Shown here in pieces: positions 38,213 to 49,799 of a stretch of DNA of 64,000 nucleotides (the stretch's first letter is position 1; every line of letters begins with the position of its first letter). The position numbers were made by a program, and so were the translations under genes. The notes under the pieces were generated by a model, which saw only the letters and a list, made by a program, of their open reading frames with translations, had not been told where the DNA came from and searched no databases. Source of the DNA: Selaginella moellendorffii (taxonomy: Eukaryota > Plantae > Lycopodiophyta); assembly GCF_000143415.4 (NCBI RefSeq), contig NW_003314267.1, positions 1,624,100-1,688,099 of the forward strand, in the 5' to 3' direction.

Positions 38213-38316
38213 CGCCAAGAGAGTGAGTGAGTCATGCTCTTTCTCTCCATCCAATCCATTTTGCCTTTATCTCCGATCCTTGGTCTTTAGACATTCCAAC
38301 AAGTGGTTTCGGATGG

Positions 38317-38433
38317 TGTGCAAGGAGTGAGCTAGGACGAGCTCTTCCGGACGAGGACTTCCACCAGGCGGTGGTGCTCGTCTTTGCCAACAAGCAGGAT
38401 GCTATGGCTCCCGCGGTGATCACGGCGATTCTG
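38317..38433 (+). pseudogene. Fragment of an ARF-family small GTPase
   Basis: ARSELGRALPDEDFHQAVVLVFANKQDAMAPAVITAIL carries the G4 motif VFANKQD. Confidence 0.8.
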
Positions 38434-41400
38434 TCCACCACCAATATCGTGCTCCTCGGCAGTACGTGACCCCTCGCAAGCATGGCATCTGTGAGAAAAA
38501 AAGCAAAAAGCAGTTCGAAAGAGAAGTTGAAATCGCGGTAGTAAGAACTAAGAAGAATCTCCTCAAGAACAAAGGTTAGCCAAGCAAATGGAACGACGAT
38601 CGTATTAAAAGAAAGGAGGAACTTCGGCATAGGGTTTGCTATGGCGGTGAGGTGAGCTCCGTGCTGGTTGATCTCTCATTTCGCGGCTAAGGCGGCTTGT
38701 GGCAGTGCCGTCGATATCCAGGAAGTGCAAGCGATGCAGGCGGATTTCTTCTACTCCATCCCTGTAGGGGATGGCAGGATGGCGTAGTTCCCCCGGACAA
38801 CAAGGATACTCGTCGTCTTTGTTGGTTACCCCCTGAAATTCAGTTGTTCTTTGAGCGAAGCACGGATTTTGAATCCACAAACTGGCGTGTTTCCCTCTTT
38901 ATGCTGCTCTAACTTACACTCTTTCTGTGAAGCGGCCGATTCCATGGAGCAGCCAGGCCTCTCGCAAGAAACCTACGAGAGGCTACGGGAATGCTGCATC
39001 TTCAAGCCTGTGTTTGCGTCCCCCCGTGGTTATCGTGTACATCAGTGGCGTCGGCATGTATTAGCAAGATCATCCGCTGCAAGCAGCAAGAGTGCAGTGA
39101 AGGACATCATCGCCGGAAAGAATGGTTTCCATGGCCAGCCTTTGAGTGACGTTCTTCAAGGGAAGATTGAGAGAAGTTTCTTCTTTCGTCTCGTTTCACC
39201 AAGTTTTTCTTTGAATTCTTTGTTCACCAGCATCGTTCAAGACCCCGGAGCATAAGATCTTCCCATCCGTGGCGCCAGCGACGAAAGGTAGATCAGCCTC
39301 TAGATCACCTTCGCTGATAACAAGCTTATGGGCGGGGATGGTGTAGCACTCGCGATCTTCCGCACAGCAAACCGGAGTGGCTGGTGTGGATGACGGACGA
39401 GGAGTACCTCGAGCGCCTGAGAAGGGCGGCTTATCCACTTGCTGTGCTCGTCGTTTAGGATGGTTCTCATTGGTGGCATGTTGTCCGGGTTACTGGATTG
39501 GACCGATCATGATTGCGTGTGCGCTATACTGAATCGTGGAAATGATCAGCTTTGAGAGGATTGAAAGCTTTCAAGCGAAAGCTTTGTGATCAACTTTTGT
39601 ATGCTAGCAAAAAGTACCCGTGATCATAGCAAAAACCTTTGATACGCCAATCTATCGAGATCCCAGCTGCTGAGGAACATTGCCATTGCATCACGACGAG
39701 ATCCGCCACATTCATGCCCGGACACGCACGGCTCAAGCGCGTAGTGCGAGGCTAGAGGATTCTTCCAGTTCGAACTATCTTCGTTTCCATCTTCTCGCCC
39801 TGTTTTCCCATGAGCGATGCAGCTTGTGGATCCATCTCGCTGATGCAAAGCTACTGCACCAGCAGATCGCCACGCAGCACCGATCCAGCTGTATGGGAGG
39901 CTCGGCGATCTCGATTGTATTTCATAATCTTTTTGTCTCTATCAAAGCCTTGTTGCCCGGCATTGCATCGAAGATCGCTAGCGCCTCGCCAGAGAAGATG
40001 TTATTGTCGCGGATGCTATCAAACGCTCAACTTCCAAACGACGTTCGATTAACTGGTTCCAAGTATGCCTCCTCCACGCACCGCAAACGACGTTTTCACT
40101 CGCTCGCCTTGTACTTGATCATAGATTTCACGAGCTTCGTGTTTGTAGATGGCCATCCTCTTCAGAGATGAGCACTTTGCCAATCCGAAGCAGCTGCTCG
40201 GGGCATTGCGTGACTGCTGCAGGGGCCTTCTTCGGCCCGGAGCGCAACTGGTGGACCGAACGCATGCTCTGGGGGTGACCTGTGGTGCGCGTGTTTCTTC
40301 ATGCGTTACCTCTGCAAGAGCCCGGAGATCGCAAGCGAAATCGCTCTCAACTCCAGGCGCTTGAAGAGGCATGCTTTTGTGGAGAAGGAGAAGTGGCTCG
40401 AGTCGTGTGGGACGCGATGGTGTAGCACTCCGATCGTCCTCAAAGAAAACCGGTTTATTCCTCGGTGGGTGGAATAATCAGCGAAATATAAAAACGAAAG
40501 AGCTATCATGCCCGAGGTATATTCTGGCTACCGATAGCTCTTTCGTTTTTATATTTCGTTTTCGTTTTCTGCACCCACCGAGGAATAAACCGCTTCGAAA
40601 CGAAAGAGCATTCATGCGCGAGGAACTACCGCCAATGTTTTGTTTTTTCTTTACCCTTTTTTTTTGGTATCGTCACTAAACACACCGTAAAGGGATGGCC
40701 GATTTCAAGCTCCTTGAAGCACAAAGGAAGAATTCTTCTTGTCGGTATGAAGCTGAGCTCCGAGTGCCGCGCTTGACATGGAGAGAAAGCGTTCGCCATC
40801 GAATTTCTGTTGCTTGTGGACTAAGTTTAAGAAAAGTTGACGCGAGTAGAACTGGGAATGTTCTAAATCTCGTAGTTGTAACACCAAACATATAAGAAAA
40901 GCTGACTGTGACTAGTTGATATCCATGCACTTTGAATTATATGTTTTCTAAAGAGGGCTGGACTAAGTCAAGTCAATCTTATTTTATTGATTAGAAAATG
41001 TAGCATCCAAAGACAAGACTACCCAAGGTTAGATCCAACGAATCTTTGTCCTTTTTACCCAACTTCTCTTTGCCTTGGAAGAATGGAAAAGCAAACCTTT
41101 GCAACCAACCAGACCTGCCGAGGGAATCGAACCGGTGACCCGTCAATTCCTCGCTCCAGGCATTATTCTAGTTTTCCATTAATGAGCTATAAGCAGCGTT
41201 ACATTAAAATTAATCACGGTTACTAAGAGAAGCGCCAAGAAAGGAGCTGCGCGAGCGCGCTCAGTTAGAAACTTAGATTGGAATCGTTTCTGGGCACGGT
41301 TGTTGGATCGGTTTAAAATCGCCTATCGCTCTCTTGAATCGCTCGCTCGCTCCACAGATTTCGAGTTGAGAGCTATAGCTGCAAGAAAGCGACCCAGCAA

Positions 41401-41637
41401 CGAGCGAGCGTCCGTTTTTTTTCCCTTTTTTCCTCCTCGGCCGCTCGTTTTTGGGGCCAGATTTGATCGTCCTTGTGAGCGCTTTCCCGTGATCCCATCG
41501 GTGAGGTGATGAATTCGCTACGATCGGTGGAAGAAAAGAGAGAACAGTAAAGAAGGGAGAATTTGCGAGGAGCGACTTGCAATGTGGCCGATTTCTTCCA
41601 GAGGAAGGAGAAGAAGAACAAGGTGGTGGTAAGGAAA

Positions 41638-44600
41638 ATGGAGAAGATTTCTTCTTCTTCACCCGCAAAGCGAATTCTTCTCGTTGGTATGAAGCTGAGC
41701 TCCGAGTGCCGTGAGCGCTTGACATGGATAGTCGCAAGGCTCACGATCCCGGGAGATCACGTCATTGCTGTTCATGTCCTCCAATCTTCCTCCTCTACCG
41801 GTAAGCAAAATTCCATTTTTCTTCGATCTTTCAATCTCAAACTTCTTCGTGGCCCATCTGAAAGAGAGCTCACGTTAGATAGATCTCCTGGCTTTCTGCA
41901 AAGACAGAGCTTTCCTTCACATACCTTTTTCATACGAAAAACCCTGTAAAACTTTGTAACGTTTTGGCAGCACTGTCTTCGGAGCTGGATCCGGCCACCA
42001 GAAAGGAACTGGACGAGACCTTTCAAGGTGTTTTAGGAGTGTACCAGGGCCTCTGTACGCTCAAGCAGGTAATCACTCGTCAGCAACAAAAAAAAATCAG
42101 AGAAACAAAAGCTGCTGCTAGCTCTAGAAAATGCGATCATACATACGTACCTCACACCAAAATTTTAATGGTTCTTCTTTCCTCACTCTTGTCTTTGCTG
42201 CTTTTGCTTTGTGTGTCGCAGATCAAGTTGGACATTAAAGTGGTTGTTGGAGCCAGTGTTAAAGAGTGCCTGGTGGATGCTGCCAAGTTGGAGGACGCTA
42301 CGAAATTGATCCTCGGTACCAGCAGATTTGTGCCGACTGGGTAAGCGACCACTCCCATTTAACACGCGTTGACGGGAAGTTTCCATCCATCTAGAGAGTT
42401 TAGCTTCGTTACAACTTCAAAGCTTGAATCGCTTACTTACGAGTGGTTTTCTTCTTTGCTTCTTCTGCTGTTTTGGTTTTGTCGTGTGCGGTTTAGTTTG
42501 TCCACATCCCTCGCAAAATACTGTTTGAAGAGGCTCCCAAGCAGCTGCTCAGTCACGATAATTGACCGAGGAAAAGTGATATTCGAGAGGCCTGGATATC
42601 GCAGCAGCAGCAGCAGCAGCAACAACACTGGTAAGTTGCAATTCTAAAGAGAGAGAGAGAGAGAGAGAAGATAGTGGTTTTACCGCGGTTCTTCATTCCA
42701 GGGAAAGAAGTAAGCTCCTGCGCACAAACATGCACGCCTAGTGTTCTTCAAAGAGGAATCATGAAGCGCCTGAGCTGCAGCAGCAGTCGCCACCAAGCTT
42801 CGGAATTCGATACCAGTGGCACTGATAATGACTCGCCTGGCGGGAGCAACGACAACAATCCAGGCTCCTCAAACTCTGGTCGCAGCAGCGTTGTGTTGGA
42901 GGCCAACTTGTCCGACTCCGACAGATCCTACCCAGCTTCTCCTGTCAGTGTTCTTCACCCCAACACGGACGAGTTCAAGCCCCCGGAATCGAAAGAAAGC
43001 CAAGATCACCTGCAAGGGAGTTCGATGACCTGTGAAGATGGGAAAGCCTTGCAGGGATGGCCACTTCGCGCGTTTCCTCTGGACAAAGTTGTTTCTTCGC
43101 CGTCGAGAGAGCCCGAGGAGAGGGAGCTGTCCGTAGTTAACTGGGCCTTACAGCTTCCAAACAGGTCCCAGAGGCGACGCGAGGCGCTCGAGTGTTCCTC
43201 CGCCAGGGACAGTGTTTCGTCGTCCAGCAGTGAGTTTGGATGCGAACAGAAACTCTTGTCCAAGTGCAGGAGTGCTCCTCCACCGCGGGAAAGATCTCTT
43301 CTTCTCGAGTGTCTTCGGCAGGAAGTCGAGGCTCCTCTTGAGCAGGAAGAGGCGAGCAAGCTCAACGACGAGAAACCAGCAGAGACGGCTTCATCATTGT
43401 CATTGAGCCAGCGGCTGCAACTTCTCTACACGAAGAACACCTCTGCGGCAGTAAAATTCGATGCGGAGGAGCTGCTGAAAGCCACCAGCAATTTATCATC
43501 AAGTAAGCTATCCATGCTCAAACAACAGTCTCTTACCGGTCTTTTGCTTCTCTTGTCTAGAAAACTTGGTCGGAAGAGGTGGCTGTAGCCAAGTTTTTAA
43601 AGGAACTCTGGCAAATGGTCAAGCAATTGCTGTCAAATCCTTGAACGAAGTCACGGCTGACTCAGAAGGCGAGCTGGTTACAGAGGTTGAGATATTGAGC
43701 AGCTTGAGACATAGGAACGTTATTTCCTTACTTGGTTACTCCGCCAACTCCAAAAAACGTATGCTGGTGTACAACTTTGCCGCAAATGGGAACTTGGAAC
43801 AGTGCTTGCACGGTACGTGTTCCTCTTGAGTCTCGCTCGCTAATCGTCAAGTCTCCCTTTGGTCTGGATCAGGAGAAAACTCGAAAACGTCTTTTCTGGA
43901 CTGGCCTTCGCGGAGAAAGATTGCAATTGGTGCTGCAGAAGGACTCGAGTATCTCCACGACGGATGCCCGAGGCCTGTCATTCACAGGGACGTGAAGTCG
44001 TCAAACATTCTTCTGTCGTCGACCAACGAAGCTCTGGTAATAACTAACTTGCCTGAAGAGAAAAAAAACTAACGTGTTCGCAGATCTCGGACTTTGGACT
44101 TGCAAAATGGGCACCGACAACAACTCCTCACATAACCTGTACAGACGTCGTAGGAACTTTCGGGTATGAAACGCTGAAAACTCACCTCATTTATTCCTCT
44201 ACCTCGTTGAAAATCCTCACTTCCGTTTACAGATATCTAGCGCCCGAGTACTTCATGTTTGGAAAGCTCAACGAGAAGACGGACGTGTACTCGTTCGGCG
44301 TTGTTCTTCTGGAGCTCATCACTGGAAAGCACCCGATCAACGCGTCAAATCAAAAGGGTCAAGAAAACTTGATAAAATGGGTAATGCCACCTCAACTTAC
44401 CTGTCGAAATCACGTATTCGAATAAGTTTGGCGTCTTGTCTCTTTCAGGGACGACCTCTTCTCGAGAGTGGAAATCTGGAGAAGCTGGTAGATCCGAGAC
44501 TTCAAGATGACTACGATGTCCAGCATATGAAACTTATGGTCCTGGCAGCAGCCTTGTGTCTTCGACAGTCACCTCAACACAGACCGCGAATGCGCAGAGT

Positions 44601-44934
44601 AAGTTTCGCCAACAACGATATTTTCCGGTGTCTTAACAGGTGTGTGTGTGTCGTCTTAAAGATATCGAGGTTGCTGAGCGGTGACGAAGAAAACAGCCTC
44701 CTGTGGGCCAACCGCGAGTTAAAGCTTTGCAAAGGCGAAGAGCAGCACTGCATAGATGAGGATTACGCACGGCCTTCCACATCCGACTGTGAGGTAAGGA
44801 CTCACCTTGCGCTGGCCATGCTCGGAGTCGAGGACGATGTCGCATCCGAGTGCGATCAAAGCAGTAGCAGCATGGATTTCGTGAGTTCCAGGAAGAGCCT
44901 CGAAGATTACTTTGGTGGTCGATGTAGCCAGTAG
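41638..44934 (+). CDS. Receptor-like cytoplasmic kinase with N-terminal USP (adenine nucleotide alpha-hydrolase-like) domain, RLCK-VI-like, multi-exon
   Basis: USP: [16 protein letters not shown]...[10 protein letters not shown]. Linker motifs GWPL and [14 protein letters not shown]. Kinase motifs [33 protein letters not shown] and [15 protein letters not shown]. Confidence 0.92.
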
Positions 44935-45190
44935 CTTAGCTGCGATTTTTTTTCGTGAGGAAACCAGAGAAGAGTGAGCTGGAGTGACGCTTGAGTAGAG
45001 AATAGAATAGTCTACCGCTTGGTCGTGGTCGCACGCCTTACAAACACGATGTCCGCGGCTATGCTTTGGCAGCTCCGTCATCTCCCCGACGCTCTAGTTC
45101 TCGGACAAACTCCTGACAGCAATTTCAATGCTGGAATGTTGGATAAGAGATGGCTCTCCGTGAACAGTACCTGAGATTTTGGGGAATGAG

Positions 45191-46321
45191 ATGTCGCTGA
45201 TCACAATTTTCAGGTGGCTCAAGAAGCTGCTTCACTACGATAACAAGGAAGAAGAACAACGCCCCCGCGAGGAAGATGAAGATTGCATTTCCATCTTGGC
45301 AGACGCAGCATCACAGCATTTTTCGTTTCCAAGGAAGTTCAGTTACGACGAGATCCAAGCTGCAACGAGTAAGTTTGTCAGAAAGCACAATCCAGGAAAT
45401 GGTAAAGTTGCTTACTTCGAAGGCAGACTCCGCAGCTCTGGAAAGAGAGTAGTTGTGAAGAAGGTCGAGGCAAGTCGAAGGTTGAGCAAGGAGGACTTCA
45501 TGGAAGAAGTGACGAAAATGTCCAGGATCCAGCACCGCAATTTGGTGGAGCTTCAAGGTTTCTGCCTCCTCCGGTCCAGCTTCTTCCTCGTCTACTCCGA
45601 CTACATGTACAGCAGGACGCCCCTGGATAAGCTTCTCTTCGGCAACAGTGACGATGCCCTCCGTTGGACCTCCAGGTTGCAAATTGTTGTTGATGTTGCA
45701 AAAGGACTCGCTTGCCTTCACTCAAACAACGTCCTCCACCTGGACTTGAAGTCCGAGAACGTCCACCTAGACAGCAACTTTCGAGCAAAGATCTCCGACT
45801 TTGGATTCTCCAGCCTTGCCGCAGAAAAGACGACGATGACTGTACGAGGCACCCCCGGCTACATGGCACCTGAGTGGCTCCAGATGCGAGTGAGCGAGAA
45901 GACGGATGTGTACAGCTTTGGAATCCTCGTGCTCGAAGTCGTGAGTGGAAAGAAGACGATCCACTACGAAAAACAGATGCTCAGACACCTGGGAACCTGG
46001 GCCTTTCAAGTTGCTCACAGAGGCCGCCTCCTCGAGATGGTGGACACCAAAATACTCCCGGAGGTCTCGTCCCACAGCCGGCAGATGAAAAACCTCCTCA
46101 AAATCGGGCTTTGGTGCATTCAAGCCGACGCGAGGATCCGGCCCTCCATGTCGAGTGCCGTCAAGATGCTGGAAGAAGGACGCAGCATCATCGATCCGCC
46201 TCTGCCTCCTCTACCACGGGAAGATGCATCCATAGACATGGACTTCTCGCTGAGCGTGGTTATGGAGATGATGCAGCACCGTCAAGACTACGGGAAAAAG
46301 AGCAGCTTCTTCAGAAAGTAG
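45191..46321 (+). CDS. RLK/Pelle-family non-RD kinase without a visible ectodomain
   Basis: PRKFSYDEI, VVVKK, IQHRNLVELQGFC, HLDLKSEN, SDFG and RGTPGYMAPEW. The Gly-rich loop is degenerate and the start codon is uncertain. Confidence 0.85.
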   Translation: MSLITIFRWLKKLLHYDNKEEEQRPREEDEDCISILADAASQHFSFPRKFSYDEIQAATSKFVRKHNPGNGKVAYFEGRLRSSGKRVVVKKVEASRRLSKEDFMEEVTKMSRIQHRNLVELQGFCLLRSSFFLVYSDYMYSRTPLDKLLFGNSDDALRWTSRLQIVVDVAKGLACLHSNNVLHLDLKSENVHLDSNFRAKISDFGFSSLAAEKTTMTVRGTPGYMAPEWLQMRVSEKTDVYSFGILVLEVVSGKKTIHYEKQMLRHLGTWAFQVAHRGRLLEMVDTKILPEVSSHSRQMKNLLKIGLWCIQADARIRPSMSSAVKMLEEGRSIIDPPLPPLPREDASIDMDFSLSVVMEMMQHRQDYGKKSSFFRK

Positions 46322-47528
46322 AGAATGGGGTGGCAAACCTACGTACAAGTGCGTATATCGGTCACTTGTACAGGCATCAACCTCAGGCTCAGCTGCAAGA
46401 GCTCAAGTTCTAAGTCATAAGCATGTATACAAAAACGAAGTTGTAGTAAGGCTTACCAGTGAGCGTGAGAGGAGAGCTTTCTGTATAGCAGCATAAGAGA
46501 CTCAAGCTTGTCTTTTGCTTTCTAGCTCCAATTCGTAACCCAGCCTTGATCATTCCCTCTCGCCTCGCATGCTGTCGAGCAATTCACGCGACCAAAAGAA
46601 TCAGCGAGCTCCATCTCTGCGAGAAAGCGTACGCAAAACTACTAGCCACGTACCATTTTCTTTCTTAGAATCCGCGTTACACCGAACTTCCCAGATTCGA
46701 ATGCTAGAATTTTCATGCGCGCATTCCAAAATCCCAGCATCCACACGCCCACATTTCAAGCAGAGGCTCCCGCTGAGCGCAGCGATCCCTCCCGCGCCTC
46801 TTCCCTGTGCCTATCGAGAGAGCGCCATCGCTAAACCCTAAAACCCTCTAAACCTCGAGCAATATAAAAAAAAACCCTTTAATGGATATGGTCTAAGAAT
46901 TTCCAGAAAGATCTTTTCGTTTCTCCTACGGCATAGTACCACACTCGATGATTTCACGTGAAACGAATATACTCGCTTTTCTTTGCTTCTTTGTTTTGCG
47001 TATCCCCGTTCTTCGTCGCGGATGTTCTAAACCACAAAAAAAAGCAGGAAAACCACGAGAGAATCAAGTCAATAACATTGACGTGTTAGATCCAAATCCA
47101 AGCAAGCTCTTCCAAGAAATGTACCTCCCAAGTCGCTGCCATGAAAGCCAGTCCCCCGTACCGCAAAAAAACTCTAAACAAATCCCTCCACCAAAAAGCT
47201 GTCTAGGCCGCTGTGGATGAGCTCGAAACCATCCATCCTGAGAGAGAGAGAGAGAGAGAGAACGTAATGCTTTCCTCCGCAGCCTCCCGGGACCGAGTGC
47301 TCTACAGCCTCAGCAAAATTGACAAGTATGCCGCGCTCGCAAAATCCCAGAAAGCTAGAGCTCCATCCTCCAAAACCTTGTTTCACACCAGCCCCTGGAG
47401 CTAACTGGTCGTCTTTGCTCTGATCATCGTCCCCTTTTCCTCTGTTCTATCCTCTCCATACTTTTCTCCACCATGATTGTTAATCCCCTTCGCGGCTATG
47501 CCTTGATAAGCCGCAGCTACGAGTGTCT

Positions 47529-49592
47529 ATGGCTTCTTCTTCTTCGTTTGCTTCCTCTTCTTCGTCTTCTCTGCTAGAACTCGTAGCAACTATCCTGCTT
47601 GGTTTCCTCTTCACCTCTTCCATCGGCAACCACATCTCTCCCGGCCTGGAAACGCTCGTTAGCTTCACCTTCGATCCTCCCTTCACCAACAATCGTTACC
47701 TCAACGTGGAAGGAAACGCGTCCAAGACGACCGAGGACGTCGAGCTCACCACGAACTCGGTGGATGTTGTCATCGGCAACAGCGCTGGCAGGGCCTACTA
47801 CGTCGATCCCATCCAGTTTCTCGACCCCGACGACAGCTCCACCTGCGTCTCCTTCAGCTCCATCTTCACTTTCAAGCTCGTCCAGTTCAACAACTCGTCC
47901 TATCGTCCCGGCGATGGAATGGCCTTCATGATCGTCTCGGATCCACAGCTGCCGCTTAACAGCGCCGGAGCTTATCTCGGTCTCACAAACGCCTCCCTGG
48001 ATGGAGACTCCAGGAACCATTTCCTGGCCGTGGAGTTCGACACCTTTCAGGACAGCAGCGCTGGAGATCCCGCACGCGACCATATTGGAGTGAACATAAA
48101 TGGCATCCGGTCAGTCGATGTCTTCAAACTGGAAGGTGAACTCACAAACCTTCTTCGTAGCAATTCCACGCTCACTGCTTGGGTTGAGTATGAAAGCTCG
48201 CAGCAGCTGCTTGAAATCAGAGTCAGCACTCTGTCTCAGAGACCACGTCTTCCCCTCCTGAAATACCAGGTAGAACTCGCAGGAATTGTCCAAGAAAAAA
48301 TGTACGTCGGCTTCTCTGCAGCCACAAGCCTCAATTACGAGCTTCACAAGATCCTGACATGGAAATTCTCGACTTACATAAACAGCAGCGCAACCAACGG
48401 CAGCACGGATCCAAATTCTGCTTATCTGCCGGAGAACAAATCGACAGGATGCAACAAGTGGATCTGCAAGAAAATGGCCATCATCCTTTTACCATCCATA
48501 GGTCTGCTTTTCCTCGCTACGGTAGTGCTGCTCTTTTGTTTCTGGATATCAAACGGTAAGCCGAGTAAGAACTTCACAAGCTTGCCGTCAACAGTACAGT
48601 ACTTCACCTTGAAGCAGCTGAGTGCAGCTACAAGAAGCTTCAGCAGGAAAGAAATGATCGGAAGCGGTGGCTTCGGCAAAGTCTACAAAGGTATTCTTCC
48701 GAAAGATGGCACTCTCGTTGCGGTGAAACTGCTCTCGGAGGCTTCGCTGCAGAGCGAGAGGCAATTCCTAGCAGAATTATCTGTGATCGGAAGGCTGCAA
48801 CACAGAAACCTGGTGAGCCTCAAAGGGTGGTGTCATGACAAGGGGAAGCTCTTACTTGTTTACGAGTTCATGCCGAATGGAAGCCTCGACAAGCACCTGT
48901 TTTCAGCCGACATAACTCTTCTTTGGCAGCAGCGTTTCCACATTCTCAAAGGCGTTGGTGAAGCTCTCACTTTCCTACACGATGGATGGGAGCAACGAGT
49001 GATTCACAGGGACGTCAAAGCCGCAAACGTGCTCTTGGACAGCAAGTTCACGGCAAGGCTGGGGGACTTCGGTCTGGCTCGGCTCATGGAACACAGCAGA
49101 GGTCCGCAAACAATGACAAAGGCTGGAACGACAGGCTACATAGCTCCGGAGCTGGCTTACACCGGGAGAGCCACCGAGAAGTCAGATGTGTACAGTTTCG
49201 GAATTCTTGCATTGGAAGTGGTGTCTGGGCGACGAGCACTCGACTTAGACTTTGAGTTCGACAAAGAAGGAGTCTTGCTGCTTGACTGGATATGGCAAAT
49301 GCACGAGAGGGGGAGACTGATGGAGGTGGTGGACGCGAAGCTACAGGATGACTTCGACGTAGAACAGGTGACCGTGGTGCTTTACATGGCTTTGCAGTGC
49401 TGCCATCCGGATGCAAACGACAGACCGACCATGCGCAAGTGTTGCCAAATGCTTACCGGCGATGCTGCCCCTCTAACTCCTCACGCCTCAAGGCCTATGA
49501 CTCTGTATTACTATCCGGACACGCCAGTAATCCCTTCCAGCTGCTCAACCTCAGAGTACCCGTTCAGCTCCTCACAACAGCAACCCCTGTAA
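47529..49592 (+). CDS. L-type lectin receptor-like kinase 1
   Basis: Signal peptide, legume lectin domain (GDGMAF, AVEFDT, MYVGFSAAT), TM segment and RD kinase (GSGGFGKVY, HRDVKAAN, DFG). Intronless. Confidence 0.96.
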   Translation: MASSSSFASSSSSSLLELVATILLGFLFTSSIGNHISPGLETLVSFTFDPPFTNNRYLNVEGNASKTTEDVELTTNSVDVVIGNSAGRAYYVDPIQFLDPDDSSTCVSFSSIFTFKLVQFNNSSYRPGDGMAFMIVSDPQLPLNSAGAYLGLTNASLDGDSRNHFLAVEFDTFQDSSAGDPARDHIGVNINGIRSVDVFKLEGELTNLLRSNSTLTAWVEYESSQQLLEIRVSTLSQRPRLPLLKYQVELAGIVQEKMYVGFSAATSLNYELHKILTWKFSTYINSSATNGSTDPNSAYLPENKSTGCNKWICKKMAIILLPSIGLLFLATVVLLFCFWISNGKPSKNFTSLPSTVQYFTLKQLSAATRSFSRKEMIGSGGFGKVYKGILPKDGTLVAVKLLSEASLQSERQFLAELSVIGRLQHRNLVSLKGWCHDKGKLLLVYEFMPNGSLDKHLFSADITLLWQQRFHILKGVGEALTFLHDGWEQRVIHRDVKAANVLLDSKFTARLGDFGLARLMEHSRGPQTMTKAGTTGYIAPELAYTGRATEKSDVYSFGILALEVVSGRRALDLDFEFDKEGVLLLDWIWQMHERGRLMEVVDAKLQDDFDVEQVTVVLYMALQCCHPDANDRPTMRKCCQMLTGDAAPLTPHASRPMTLYYYPDTPVIPSSCSTSEYPFSSSQQQPL

Positions 49593-49799
49593 AAACTCGA
49601 TCAAGCAAGCTGTCAAAACGAAAGATATCAAAGAAGTTACCTTGTAGAGAGAGCCAGTGATGATAAGTCCAAAGCTAAGTCACAAATACAAAAGCAGCAA
49701 TAGAAAAAACATCGACCAATGATTACGTACCAAAAACATCTGATTTATATAGGGTGTTTTAGAGCATTTCTGACCATTGCTCTTTCTCCGAGAAGAGGG

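Noticed and set aside
47213-47404. uORF upstream of LecRK1
   Set aside because: It overlaps a GA repeat and there is no evidence of conservation.
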